A DNA stretch of 60,796 nucleotides, counting the filler, from Sluysia triapertura (Eukaryota), in assembly GCA_046118255.1 (NCBI GenBank). It is 5 parts of 5 records of this genome, joined end to end, with 100 filler letters (N's around TTAATTAATTAA, not from the genome) between each part and the next. Parts side by side here need not be neighbours in the genome. Positions count along the whole stretch, not along the records: positions 1 to 10,957 come from JBJNIA010190874.1; positions 11,058 to 22,574 come from JBJNIA010183879.1; 3 more parts are not named here. One strand, 5' to 3'. Shown here in pieces: positions 1-12,573 of the stretch. The position numbers were made by a program, and so were the translations under genes. The notes beneath the pieces were generated by a model that saw only the letters and a list, made by a program, of their open reading frames with translations, was not told the origin of the DNA and searched no databases. Each line of letters starts with the position of its first letter. The stretch's first letter is position 1.

Positions 1-80
1 AACTAAAACTACTTTAACTTGAATAACTTTCTTGTCATTAAAATGATGTATAAATTCACGTATAAATTCATCATCATAAG

Positions 81-851
81 TTAGTTGAAATGATTTAATT
101 GAATCATAAAAAAATAAAATTTAACAGTACTAGGGTACATAAGTACCAATACATTATTAAAATGAATATAATAAGTCAAGAAATTATTAGTTAATCTAAA
201 ATCTAGAGAAATAACTCCATCAATTAAAGTGAGCACTAAATCATAATGACTATCAGGTTCTGTCACATCGTCTTTTATTCGAAACAAACCATCGGTAGCA
301 AACAATAACTCACCGTCCGACTTCTCATTACCATTTTGTCGTAGTATTACTTGGGTAGCTAAATGAATAGATTTAACACTCGTACCAACATAATTTTCAT
401 TTGCTTCTTTCATCTTCATTAATACAAAAGGATCAATTTGACTAGTATTATACATTTTTCCTTGCGCTTCCACCCATGCATCACCATTGGAGGTTGTCAC
501 AATTTTTAACCATACATTGTTCATGTCATTTTGAACTTCAGGATCATCACAACGTATTCCAATTAATAACGTTTTACTAACAGCCTTGACAAAAATCGTA
601 GCTTGAACACCTGTTGATAAGTACGGAACTTCTAAGTTTACGTCTTTAGGTAAAACTTCATATCTTTTAAAAACTGCAGTTTGAATTGTCATGTGAAGAC
701 AGCCAGCAATGCTAGCACCTTTCAATGTTTTCTTAGGACTATAAACTCTTCTCACCATCATTACTCCTGACATATCATCTCCAGCCATGGATATAGCTTC
801 ACGACACCAGTCAGTAAGATCAATATCAACTTTATGCTTCAAACTAAACAT
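81..851 (-). CDS. Chimeric intronless ORF: AHCY N-terminus + mitochondrial Hsp70 (HSPA9-like) ATPase-domain fragment + cadherin-like fragment; chimeric retrogene or pseudogene
   Basis: aa1-60 [56 protein letters not shown] resembles AHCY [26 protein letters not shown]...[20 protein letters not shown]. aa~95-161 [56 protein letters not shown] resembles mortalin [56 protein letters not shown]. The tail [20 protein letters not shown] is weakly cadherin-like. Confidence 0.8.
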   Translation of the reverse strand: MFSLKHKVDIDLTDWCREAISMAGDDMSGVMMVRRVYSPKKTLKGASIAGCLHMTIQTAVFKRYEVLPKDVNLEVPYLSTGVQATIFVKAVSKTLLIGIRCDDPEVQNDMNNVWLKIVTTSNGDAWVEAQGKMYNTSQIDPFVLMKMKEANENYVGTSVKSIHLATQVILRQNGNEKSDGELLFATDGLFRIKDDVTEPDSHYDLVLTLIDGVISLDFRLTNNFLTYYIHFNNVLVLMYPSTVKFYFFMIQLNHFN

Positions 852-2278
852 TTTGAAAAATTTTTGAAATGTATATTTTGAAAAACTAAACTTTTAATTT
901 GATATTCGATAATATTAATAGCTGACCTTCGATTTGCTAAAAATAGTACTATATAGTACTAGCAATAATAACAATAATAATCGACAATAATAATAACGAT
1001 AATGATAAAAGTAAAATAATAATATAATAACAAATAGAAAGGATGTGAAAGTTTACAAAATGTTGATGCGGTTGGAGGTGATCACAGTGAAATAAAAGTA
1101 ACATTAATAAATTATTGTAATTTTAGTATATTATAATTTATTTAGATTAACGTATATTACATATATTATTTAAGTTACTAAAAGAAATGTTATATTTTAT
1201 TTAGGTTATTATATGTTGGTGTAATATGTGATGAATGTTTGTGATTGTGTGTGTTAGGGGTTCATGAATGACCTGAACACTACACTAGTCAGTTACGGTC
1301 TAGGGCAAATCGTTAAAGTTTAAGTAATATTTTAAATATATCCTACCAGTTACAGTTAGGATTTTAGAAAACTTATATGTAAAAACTTTACCTTTCATGG
1401 AATTTGAAATTAATTGAAAAGCTGGAGTCGGTGGATTTTAATTTGTAAATTGAAAATTTTGTCGATTACTTGTCCTATTGAAATAAAATTCCACTTATTT
1501 ATAGAGAATTGTATGTCGGCATATTGTAAATAATGAAAATTGATTTAATTAACAATTGATAATTTTAATAAATAAACTTGTTCTAGTTTGAATTTTATTT
1601 AAAATTGTTAAATATTTTATATAATTTTTAATATTTTATTTTAACTTTTTAGGCTTTAAGTAATATTTATATTATTTTATAATAAAGATAATATTTAAAT
1701 AAAATAAATAATAAAAATAGTATCAATTTGTCTATAAATAATATTTAAATAATAAAATATAATTCAAATCAAATAATGTTAATTTGTCAATTCAGTCAAT
1801 TCAGCATGTTTTACACTTTTCATTTGATACTGCTACGCCTAAAGGGCGTTTAATCACATGAATTTTGTGAAAATCAGATTGTAAATTAATTTCATTAATA
1901 TAAAATTGAAAATAAAAACTAGGTTTAATATATTTATATACATTTCGAATTGAAACATAAACAATTGACTGACATGTTTAGATCAACGAAAAACACAAAA
2001 TAATCGTACTAATGTAAGAATATTACTCCTTTCCATACATAACTTACGAATAACGAATTTCTCACAATTTGATATAATCAGAAACATTAAGGAACATCTC
2101 GCATCCCTGGGTTCCACCTTTTCTCGAATATCCACATTAATATACTCGATACTTGTTTAATAAATGTTCTTGGTTTATGCGATTTGTTCTAGAGTACTAT
2201 GTATGATAATTGTAAATTGTAATGCTTCGGTAAAATTAAATTTCAGTAATTATTTATGATTTTATAATTTTACTGTTT

Positions 2279-2753
2279 TAGTAGTAGGCCAAATTATTAG
2301 ACTGAAGCATGTTTTTCTTAGTATTTGCTACCCTGGCCTGGAAACTTTTCAGACATGAATCCCATGGAAAATCTGGGGAGTTTCTGCTATTTATTGAAAC
2401 AATGATAAAAGTATGGCATCACAATGACGAGATGAAAGACGTCTGTCCCAAGCTCATCCGCGGCATGCCTTTAAGGAAATTATTGGATAACAAAGGAGTA
2501 CTGATGTAAACAGTTTGTACGTATTTGATATGTAGTAAATTGTGTTATCACTTTCTACATGAATAAAATTTCTGTATGTTTTGGATCTCAGTATTTTTAT
2601 CTATTGTTTTACTTTCACCATAATTTTTTGAAGAAAGTTGTTATTTTCCAACATTTTACATTTTTTGTGACAATGTTTATATACACTGTTGATTAATAGT
2701 TTCGTAGTATCCTTGAAAAATGTTGAATTTTATCACACAAATGGCCACCACTG
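2279..2753 (+). mobile_element. Internally deleted Tc1-family DNA transposon (copy 1)
   Basis: Degenerate left TIR (ggccaaattattagact). Right end ...ggccaccactg followed by TA. Internal cctggcctggaaac..cagacatgaatcccatggaaaatctggg is a WPGNSPDMNPxENLW remnant. Colinear with 51639-52151. Confidence 0.85.
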
Positions 2754-3749
2754 TAGTTGTTTGATGATAAGAATATGAGAATTTACATAGATGTGAAGTA
2801 TGTTTTGGTATATGTTCGAGATGAAGTTTCGCATGCATGTATTAATAACAATTAATATTTATATAACAACATTGACTCTAAATCTAATCACTTTAATAAT
2901 TGGTCAATTAATATGTCAATTTATATTTCGAAATATCCTCATTAAATCGGGTTTAAGAAATTCTATTACAATTACAGTTTCTATATGAAACATAGAAACT
3001 AATAATAATATTATTATTAATATTAATAATAATAATATTCTTACTAATTTAATAATTCAATGGTTATGACTAACTGAACCCAAATGTTCGTGGATAAAAG
3101 TCCAAAAAATAGCAATTTAGTTCGATTAAGAATGTTAGTAAGAATTTGAGAATCGTTGAATAGTGTAGTTATAAGTTGTACTTATTATTTGTTTTATAAT
3201 GTACTTCCTTGATTGTCTAATTGTCTTGACGCCTATAGTATCACTGAATTGCACTATTAATTCATAGCCAGTCAGAGAAAAGAAAATTTTATTTTCTTTA
3301 GAAAATTAATATTCTATCTCTGGTGAATTCAACTCCAAAACATACTCATTATAAACAAATTGCTACATTCTTTAAAATCTCTATGCAAAATATGAGATAG
3401 ACCCGGGTCCGCCTACAGATAAGGTTTATATTCCTATAAAAGACGTATCTATAGGTTTTGTTTTGTGAGGGCGCTTATCTAATATCAAAGGTTTTTAAAA
3501 ATTGTATTAAACTAGTTCTGAAAAGTTAATTAGATTTTGTCTGGATTTTAAATTGTCCTTTAAAGAAAATAAAACTTACAAAATAAAGCTTAAAATTCTC
3601 GAGATGGAGCTTTTGCAAATTCCGCATAAGAATCTTGTTATCTTATTATTGTTATGTTTATATTTTGTCTCTACATATTTCTTTCTCTTGGACAACACTT
3701 AATTGCATAAAACAATAAATATAAACAATCAGATCGTCTATAATTATTG

Positions 3750-3928
3750 CATAATTTATGAATAGTGAATATAAATAATCAGATAATAAATGTAACCAAT
3801 TGAATTATTTATAATTAATTACATAATTTATGAATTGTGAATGTAAATAATCAGATAATAAATATAACCAATTGAATTATTTATAATTAATTACATAATT
3901 TATGAATTGTGAATGTAAATAATCAGAT
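3750..3928. repeat. 72-bp tandem repeat, ~2.5 copies
   Basis: Unit cataatttatgaat(a/t)gtgaat(a/g)taaataatcagataataaat... starts at 3750, 3822 and 3894. Confidence 0.9.
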
Positions 3929-4638
3929 TATTGCTATTATTATTTTATTGTCATGAAAATATTATAAATTAAAAATATTATAAAGTAAGCCACCTAACAA
4001 AATGTATAAACAAAATTCAACCTCGAAACGTGATTATCATAAACAAACTTTAACTCAACCTAACGCAAATATTAAATCAACAAGTAACACAACACATTTT
4101 CATGACAATCATAATAATAAGGACAATACTTACACTAACTTTTACACGCACAACTACAATCCAAAATTTAATATTGTTGTATTATAATTCAAAAAAAATT
4201 AGTATATTTTTGTTTTATTATTCTTCTACTCTTCCATTCTTCTATTTTTTGTTATTTTTTTCTATTTTTGTTACGTGTTTATTCGTTGTAACAGTTTTAT
4301 AATTTGACATTTAAGGTCATTTTGTTATTTTTACTTCTCTTAAAAACAATCATTTACGAGATGTAGTGACACAGTGAAGACTGTATATGATGAAAAGTAC
4401 ATAATAATTTATATAATTTATCACAATTATAATTTGGCGTTAGCTAAATTATTGGAACCGCCTGAAGTTAGAAATTCCGGATAGATTATCAATAACAACA
4501 TATTTGTTTTGCGTGTATAATTTATTATCTAAAATGAAAAAAAACAACCGATTTTAAATTCAATTGAAGATAGAAAAAAAAACCTAAGTAAAACCAAATG
4601 AAATGCAGTAAAAATAAATGATATAATTAAAATTAAAA

Positions 4639-4765
4639 TCTTGTACCACATCCCGTGGAAATTTTCTTATAAAATAACTTTAAATGGCATTAGATTTTTT
4701 AACTGCGAAAAAATAGTGATAAGGTATATGATCCACACATTTGCAACGCCGGGCTCAAAAGCAAG
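4639..4765 (+). repeat. Dispersed repeat with a Helitron-like 3' end (second copy ~6345-6400)
   Basis: tgataaggta...cacatttg(ca/tg)acgccgggctca is shared between 4717-4757 and 6352-6392. gcaacgccggg...gc(t/a)ag resembles Helitron 3' termini. Confidence 0.45.
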
Positions 4766-7700
4766 AGCTGATACGTCACATGAATTTGACGTGGTATTTA
4801 TAATCAAAGAACATGGTCTAAAAGAGTTCTTGAGAAAACATTAAAATTTATTTCCAAAAAACCAACCAACTATGGCAACACATTTGTTATTTTGCTTTAT
4901 CACAGTTATCTAAGCTTATTGTGATTTTTACTCTTTTGATTTAGTGTTAATCCTTTTGAATTAGATGTTTTATTAGTTAAAGATTTAATAAAATTACAAA
5001 ATGCATTTTATAGATTGAGTAATTTTGTTAGTAATTATAGTAGTAAAATAGTTAGACATGTTAATAAGAATGTTCAAACATGGAATGAAGTCTTTCAAAG
5101 TTGTATTAATGTTTTAACGTGATTAGAGTCAACACGATCTCCTGAACAAAGAATTACATAACTTTGCCAAATAATTACGCAAATAATTTCGTTCAAGAAC
5201 ATTGTTAGATTTATTTGCTGTTATATTTGTTATGAAATTAATGTTGATTTTGTTTAATGGCTGTGTGTTTCGTTTCATTAGGTCTTTCGCCAACTTGAAA
5301 CGTATTAATTAAATAAAAAAGTGGCAAGATGAATAATGAGACAGAGGATATCTAAATTTAAAGTAATTACTTACAGGAGCAGTCCTAGATTAAATAAAAA
5401 TAAAATTAGATCTATAGTCGAGTCCTCAAACCATCATTGAGGTTTTAATGACAACCTCAATAATAATTTAAGAGAAGCAAATAAACGGATAGAACAATAA
5501 AAATATTAAAATTGAAGAAATTGTAAACTTTAAACATTGTTTAAATTAAGAGTTTAGTTTTTTAACTAATCTGACGTTTTATCTCTAATTTGAGTTCTAT
5601 TCTACAATCTGTATATTCTTTTATATTTTATCCAACAGATGAATAAGCTTTTTCCAAAATTAAATGACGAAAATTAAAATATTCGAAATGAAATTCTGTA
5701 ACGGTATTTATACTCGATAATTAACGAATCTGTGGTTATTTGTTATTGTCTGTTAAAATAATTATTAGAATAAGTCTAGTGGAGAGCTTTATACACGTTT
5801 TCAGAAAGCTACTTCACGTTATTATTGATTTCGATATTAGAGCATTGGACACTTAAGGTCATCTCTATTTTTAAAATTAAAATATGAATAACACCTAAGA
5901 CTCTATATTATCGAATTTAAGACCGTTATTGTAACAGGTAAAGCACCTAACTAAATCTTGAATGCCGTGGAGGTGGCCGGTGACCGGCACTGGGTTTGTT
6001 CGTACCGCCACAAGGCTCATCGGTGACCTCAGTGAATTAAATGCGTCAAGAATGATTGCAAAAAATTAACTGTTTCATCAAAATATACAACACATATATT
6101 GGGCAAGCCATGTAAACCAGTGTGGCATTCAACGTATAACATTCAAAAATATCTGTATCACATTTAATAAGCCTTTCATAATGTTGGAAAAGTTCTTTGT
6201 GACATTTAAAAAATTGTTAATATTTAAAGCTTTTTTCGTCGCTGTTTCAACAGTGCCTTATAACATTTAAAATATTCTTTTACAAAATTTTTTATATCGC
6301 TTAACAAATCAGTATTATTTATTAACAATAATGTTACATCGTATCGAAAACTGATAAGGTAGACACACCGCACATTTGTGACGCCGGGCTCATAATTATT
6401 AGAGAATATTTTAAATGACAACAAATATGATTTGATAGTTAAAATCTAATAAGTAAAATCTGCAGCACCAAATTTAAAATTCATATTTCGATTTCAATAT
6501 TCGGATTCATATTCGAGTTGAATAGAAATAAAATTTTCTTTTTTCATTTCAAAATATTGTCACAAAATTTCGATATTCATATACTGTTTTTATATTTTCC
6601 GATCTCGTTGTGTTGATATGCTTGACTGTGTGAAGAAAAACGATTCGTAGACAGAAATATAGTGATGATGATGAGTGGAAGCGTGTAAACAGTATCTAAT
6701 GACGAATTTTTACTAGGAATTAGTAAGTAGTTGGGGTATAAAATGATTTCGACGATAATTTTAAAGAATTTCTCTATAAGGCTAGTTAATTAATTCTTGA
6801 CAGAAGAAATTATTTCATTATTTCATTTGTAGTTCAAAAAAGACATGATCCAAAGAGTTCTTACATAGATTTGACATAACTTTTAACATTGCCTTTGTTT
6901 TAAAGATTAACATAAAATATATAAAATACAAACAACTATGTTATTGGCTGAAGCATGCGTTGTGACGGTTCAAACCTATCATTTATAATTTCAAATTTAC
7001 AAAACATCACATTTAACTAACAAAATGTTAAACAAATACGCAATTGCACACCAACATAAAAACCCCATAAAACTTAAAAGCAAACATAGTTTTAATAACA
7101 ATGAAATTTCTATAAAAGACTCAATTTTTTTCTTTCATTCTAAAAAACCACTTTGGAACCGCGTCCTGCTAGTCAAAACAGCACTATAGATAAAGAGTTA
7201 TTTAACAGTACTTTCATTAAAGAACTATTAAAAGATGAAAATGAATATAATAAAGTTAACGAACAACCACGAACCAGGTAAATATCGCAGCCAAGTAGCA
7301 CTCGTTTCAGATGATCGTTACTTATCCACGTCCGAACATGGGAAGTTTGTAGAGATTCAGGCGGAAGTCCTTGAAAGTTGCTTGGTAATTGATGACTAAA
7401 TATACACTAAACTGTCAAAAGATTCAAAATCATTTGACGATGGTAACTATTATGGAATTAGAGCAGAAAGTTTTCAAGAAACACCTAGCAACACCGAAAT
7501 TCCAAAAACATGTAAATACAAAATCTTGAGAATAATAATGAGGCCACAAAATCAATTTTAGTAAGTACGAATATCGAAACTTTAAAAGTAATAATGAATT
7601 AAATATTAAAAATTATGATGATAATACTTAAGAAAGTGAATCCTCAAATTTTAGGTAAAAAAATTAAATAAAGTAATATGAGATATGAAACAGCTTATTT

Positions 7701-8349
7701 ATTACGTTCTAAATAATTATAATAGTGATGATTATAACAGTGATCGGTAATAGTATTAACTATAAATATTTATTAATTTTAAGTCAATAAGGCTACCTGA
7801 TAATTAAATCAATAAATAAAATCATTTGGTTACTAAGCTAATTAGACACGCACATCTTTTCAGTTACGTTGTGTGTAATTAGCTAAAATTGGCAAAATTT
7901 CTACCCAATAATAAAATTAACATGTCTGTCATGGATAAAAAATAAAAAATAAGGTGACATTTAACAAAATGTTAGAAAAATTCACTACGACTAATAAGGC
8001 AACAACGATGATACCTATGATATAAATAACGCTGTTTGTAAAAACAATATTTGTAGTGGTTTAATATTACGATATCTCCCATATAAAACAGAAATTACCC
8101 ACTTAAACAATCAATCAAAATACATTAAATGCATCCGTCACAACACATTAAGCTCTATATGTTATAACGTAAATTCTTAAATTTCACATTTCCTATAAAA
8201 TAATAACACCTCTCACTCTTACTTCTGCAACTTTTCTTCACATTAAATTTTCTAAATTCAAAACATTTATTAAATAATAACAGTTAGTAACCTTGGTATT
8301 AGAACACAATAACATTAGTATTATTTTATTTGTTCTTGTCTCTATCATT

Positions 8350-10500
8350 TTACTTGCCAATTTTTTTGGTACTGTACAGCCAAAGTCAATGCAGGCTCAA
8401 TTGCATCTAATACAACATCCAATGCATATCTTTTCACAATCATCAATTTTCTAAATACTTTCCCAGATCAACTTGTCGATATTTCTACCGACAGCGGATT
8501 TGTTTTTAATTCAATCAAACTGGTCCTAATTCTTAAATGAGCAATTAATCTCGAATCATATTTAATAATAATTAATGACATCATCCTAATTAAGGTTTCA
8601 AGCAGATATTTGTGTTTGTCATTGTTACTAAAGGTTAATGCGTAAAACGTAAAGTCAAGGTTATTCAGAATGCCAAAGAGCAAGAACATTTATCATACGA
8701 CTTATGCGATCTAAGAATCGAACATGATTTGCTCAAATTAAAGCCGATGAATGATAACAGAATGCTAGAGAATTTATTACGAAGAAAGAGGATTTAGCAG
8801 TATAATTTAAGAATTAAATAGAAAAATCTCGTAATTCAAGTTTATAAACTCAGCACAAACTTGAGGCTTCAATAAAGATAATAATAATTTATTTACCCAA
8901 TGTGATTCAAATTTAACTTTTAAGGTTATCTAATCGTAGTTTTGTAATGAAGTTTATCATAAGAATATAATATAAATAAAAGTTCTTTTATTATAAAATT
9001 TAAATAATGAATAAAAAATATTTATTCAATATTCTTGCATAAATAATTAATCCATAAAAATGGCTAATTTGGTTTTGCCCATGACAAATGTTAAAGATGA
9101 TATCCATATAATGTTACAATGTGTCAAAGATTCAAATTTTGATTTTATTTCGTGAAACAATCACAATTTTAATACGTTAGATTACGATAATCAACTTTAT
9201 ACAGTTGACTCAGATTTTGTGAATTTGCTGAATGCTAAATCAAATGTTACTACAACTGTTACGCCCTTTAGTAAATTTTGGTCAACAAATTTAATTTATA
9301 AAATAATTAAAATAAATCATCGTAAATAATTGTGATAAATAAGTTATAACAATAGTTGTAAAGATTGATTGTCATTGCGCTTAAAGCGCTATTTATAGTC
9401 CAATTTTTATATATGACCTTGGTCAAACTAGTGAATCAATAACAGAGAGTACATGATTATTCATATCTTTGTGAAATTGAAATTATTATTATTATTAATT
9501 TTTAAATTATTGTCGAATTATTATTTTTATTATAATATTTGAAATTTATTATTATCGTTATCATAATTTTTGTACATTTGACTTTTAATAAATTGAAGAA
9601 TAATATTCATTGACGAAAGTATTAGATGATGACAAACAGAAAGATTAAACATTCTAAGCCATATTAACATGAATGTCAGTAAGATTTTCTATCATAAAAC
9701 TCTAATAAATAAATTTAACTACAACTTAGTGTTTTCTAACGGTAATAAAGTTCTTTATCTTACAATTTCAACACACAATCGTTGTATCCCGACGATGATA
9801 AGTTAGAAATCCATTGCCTCCACTATAGTTCTTGCTTGAACTCAGTTACAGTTCATAATAATACGTTAAATACTATTTAAACCTACCCAGCAAAATATAA
9901 TTTTGTATAATATAATAGGCGTAGTTGTAAAAATAAATACCTGAAGAGGGTCTTTATCTAACTCTTGAATCTAACTATAAAGTCTAACTCTTGAACTATA
10001 TGAAAGTTTATTATTAAAATACACTCGACAGCATTCCTCATTGTAAATTGGTCATGAATAATCGAATAGATAATAAATTACATGATCAAGAAATTGAAAT
10101 TACTATTTTTATCATGCAATTAATAATAAAGATTATTATTTTAATTTGAGTAGTACTTTCTGCAGAAGTAGATCCAGTACAATGCCGAAGTATCGACATG
10201 GTACTTAATGTCATAGTTTGATTATTAAGATCGGCATTCATAGATGGATTAATTTCTGCTGATAATCTACACAAATTGAAATATTAAAGCAATTCATTAA
10301 ACGATCATTTACATCGAAATTAATAGTGCTATTTTGAAAGTGATTCACAACCCTACTACCAATGAAATAGCTAATATCAACAAGGCACATGTTTTAGACC
10401 ATTCAAAATTTAAATGTAAAGTCAATATTCTCTTTTAATACATCAAGAACATGGACTGTTTTAAATGACTCTTGTTTAATGTTTGTAGCACATCGTTGTC
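8350..10500 (-). mobile_element. Highly decayed Gypsy-type pol remnants (RT ~10130-10420; integrase ~8350-8520)
   Basis: Minus-strand ICVDYQQKL...MPI...CRYFGIVLDL resembles RT CVDYRxLN..P.I...YFSxLDL. LIWESI*KIDDCEKICIGC...CIDFG resembles integrase WWP..D.E..K.C..C..HIDF. Many stops. Confidence 0.5.
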
Positions 10501-10957
10501 AGAACAACAGGACAAATGTGTACTTTGAATTTGTCTGATTATTAAAAAATCGAATAATTTTGAATTTCATTATCTGATTTAATAATACTTCTTGTAAGAA
10601 CAAATGAAAAGATGTGTGTCCGTCTTTTTCTTAGCTTGAACAATTATGAAAGTTGCAAAAGATTGGGTTCGCTTTCGTAGTGCGGTTTATCTTAAAAGAA
10701 AGGACGCGTATTAGGAATTGATGAAAGAATTTTGATAGAGGGACGCTACTGTAGAGTATGTGCTAATTAGTTAAAGCTCTTAAAATTCTACTTTAAGAAT
10801 TTGTAAATTTTTTACTTTGTGTTTCCCAAATCAATTTAACTCTTGATAATAAACTCTAAATGAAATTTTATTATATAATATTCACAAAGAAATTTAAAAT
10901 TAATTTAACTCAGAGATAATCTTTGAGTTTTAAATATGAACGAATTTAAGTCTATTT

Positions 10958-11057
10958 NNNNNNNNNNNNNNNNNNNNNNNNNNNNNNNNNNNNNNNNNNN
11001 NTTAATTAATTAANNNNNNNNNNNNNNNNNNNNNNNNNNNNNNNNNNNNNNNNNNNN
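10958..11057. other. Artificial scaffold-joining spacer (44N-TTAATTAATTAA-44N)
   Basis: Exactly 100 nt; the 12-mer has stops in all six frames; the same structure occurs 4 times. Confidence 0.97.
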
Positions 11058-11617
11058 TTATGTATTGGAATATAATGGATAAAGGTTTATTGAGAAGATT
11101 GTAATTTGTTGAATTTGAAAGGAATAATTGCAATTCAACTCTTTGTATATTTTTAAGGTGTTGCTGTACAATGTTGATGATGATTATGTGTAAATGAATA
11201 GTGAGTTTGGACTGTTGTAATTGATTCAAGGTGTGCAATAGGTATGTTATGCGTTTCCAATAGGTATATTAGTATTGGGGAATGGTATTAATTGTAATTA
11301 CGATTTACATATTGTAAGTTTCTGATTGTGATTTAGATGTTGCATGTTGTGATTGTGGTTTGATTTAAACGGATAAACTATTGAGTAAATATTATTGTAT
11401 ATTAGGTATTAATTGATACAGAGTAGTGTGAAATGAAGGTTCGAGAGTATTAGATGGATTGTTTGAAATGTGTCTGTTGTTGAATTATTGTAAATGTCGA
11501 GTATTGTTTATGATGAATTAGTTGATGTAATTTGATAGTGTTAAATATGGTTGATTTGGATGTTATGAAATTGTGAAAATAATAAAATTTTTAGTGGTAT
11601 GAAAGTTTGCCACCACA
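11058..11617 (-). repeat. TGTRGTGG-ended CA-rich dispersed repeat (probable LTR or solo LTR), inverted homologue of 17664-18465
   Basis: Terminus aaagtttgccaccaca. Internal blocks (caactctttgtatattt, tatgtattg, gaaggttcgagagtatt) match the reverse complement of 17900-18305. Confidence 0.7.
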
Positions 11618-11734
11618 CATGCTAAGTGTAGAACTTCTATTTCACATATTCGAATATTTATTAATAAAGAAACAGATAAATTTATTATTCATTCAATGAT
11701 AACTATCAACATAGATTGTACTCAATTTCATATA

Positions 11735-12115
11735 TAGAAAAGTGAAAAAAATTACAATTAATAATTTATCAAGCAACAATACGAATTCTCCAAGTTTGAA
11801 GATCACTCAGGTAACACCTTATCTTAAGGAATTACATTGGTTGACAATACATTACGGAAGTCTTGAATATCTCTTAGAAGTAATATAAAATTTGGAAACC
11901 AAGATGAATATTTCTGTACAAGCTAGGCGATACCGTTTATGCTTCAAAAATATACAATCAATTACCAGAGAATGTCAAATTACTTGAAGATTTCGAAATA
12001 CTTAAGAAAAAGGCAAAGTTCTTTCTGTTTCAGAAATATAGTGAATGATTTATTTTAAGCGCTTTTGAGTACTTACTTTGCAGTAGATATGAGCGTAATA
12101 TAAATTATATTATTA
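11735..12115 (+). mobile_element. L2/CR1-clade LINE 3' fragment
   Basis: KLQLII..VTPYLKELHWL..HYGSLEYL..YNQLPENVK..KKKAKFFLF is the C-terminus of L2 ORF2. 3' tail aagcgcttttgag...gagcgtaatataaat plus TTA repeats. Confidence 0.75.
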
Positions 12116-12573
12116 ATCAAAAGTACTTGTGATAGCAAACAATCATTGTATAATTTAACAATGATTAAATGATCGATATTAAACAAATTTCAATAAATTT
12201 ACAATGCTATTTAATTAATTGTACAATAATAATATGTATTTTATTCTTACATATAGCTAATCAGTCTGAAGGCTACGTTTATCTCCACATATTAGCCTTA
12301 CATAAATTACTTTACATCATTATGATTATTAATCCACATTCCGTATTTCTGAAGATATTTTAGATAAACTTTCAGTTATTATTTTACATAATTCTTATTT
12401 AAAATTTGACATACTTTTATTTGCTTATTTGAAAACATACTGCAACTATTTAAGTTGATTTAATCGTATTTTTACATTCTTTTTTCAGTTTTTTGTGCTA
12501 AGGAATACTAAGACAAAGTTCTTTTACTACAATTAGAACTAGAACTATTTATTGTCTTACTTTTTAATTGCAG

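Noticed and set aside
3750-3928. CRISPR-like 72-bp periodicity
   Set aside because: The 'spacers' are near-identical, the context is eukaryotic and there are no cas genes; it is a plain tandem repeat.
4641-4844. GSKARADTSHEFDVVF resembles the cGAS/Mab-21 nucleotidyltransferase motif
   Set aside because: Short ORF with wrong motif spacing; it overlaps a dispersed repeat whose second copy (~6350) does not keep the motif.
10086-10560. Kinesin-like words (NSKLFDFL, AEINPS..TLST) on the minus strand
   Set aside because: Motifs are inconsistent and interrupted; another frame fits Gypsy RT (CVDY, YF..LDL) better.
11002-11013. TTAATTAATTAA as a biological motif or piggyBac target
   Set aside because: Always centred in exactly 44+44 Ns; synthetic linker.
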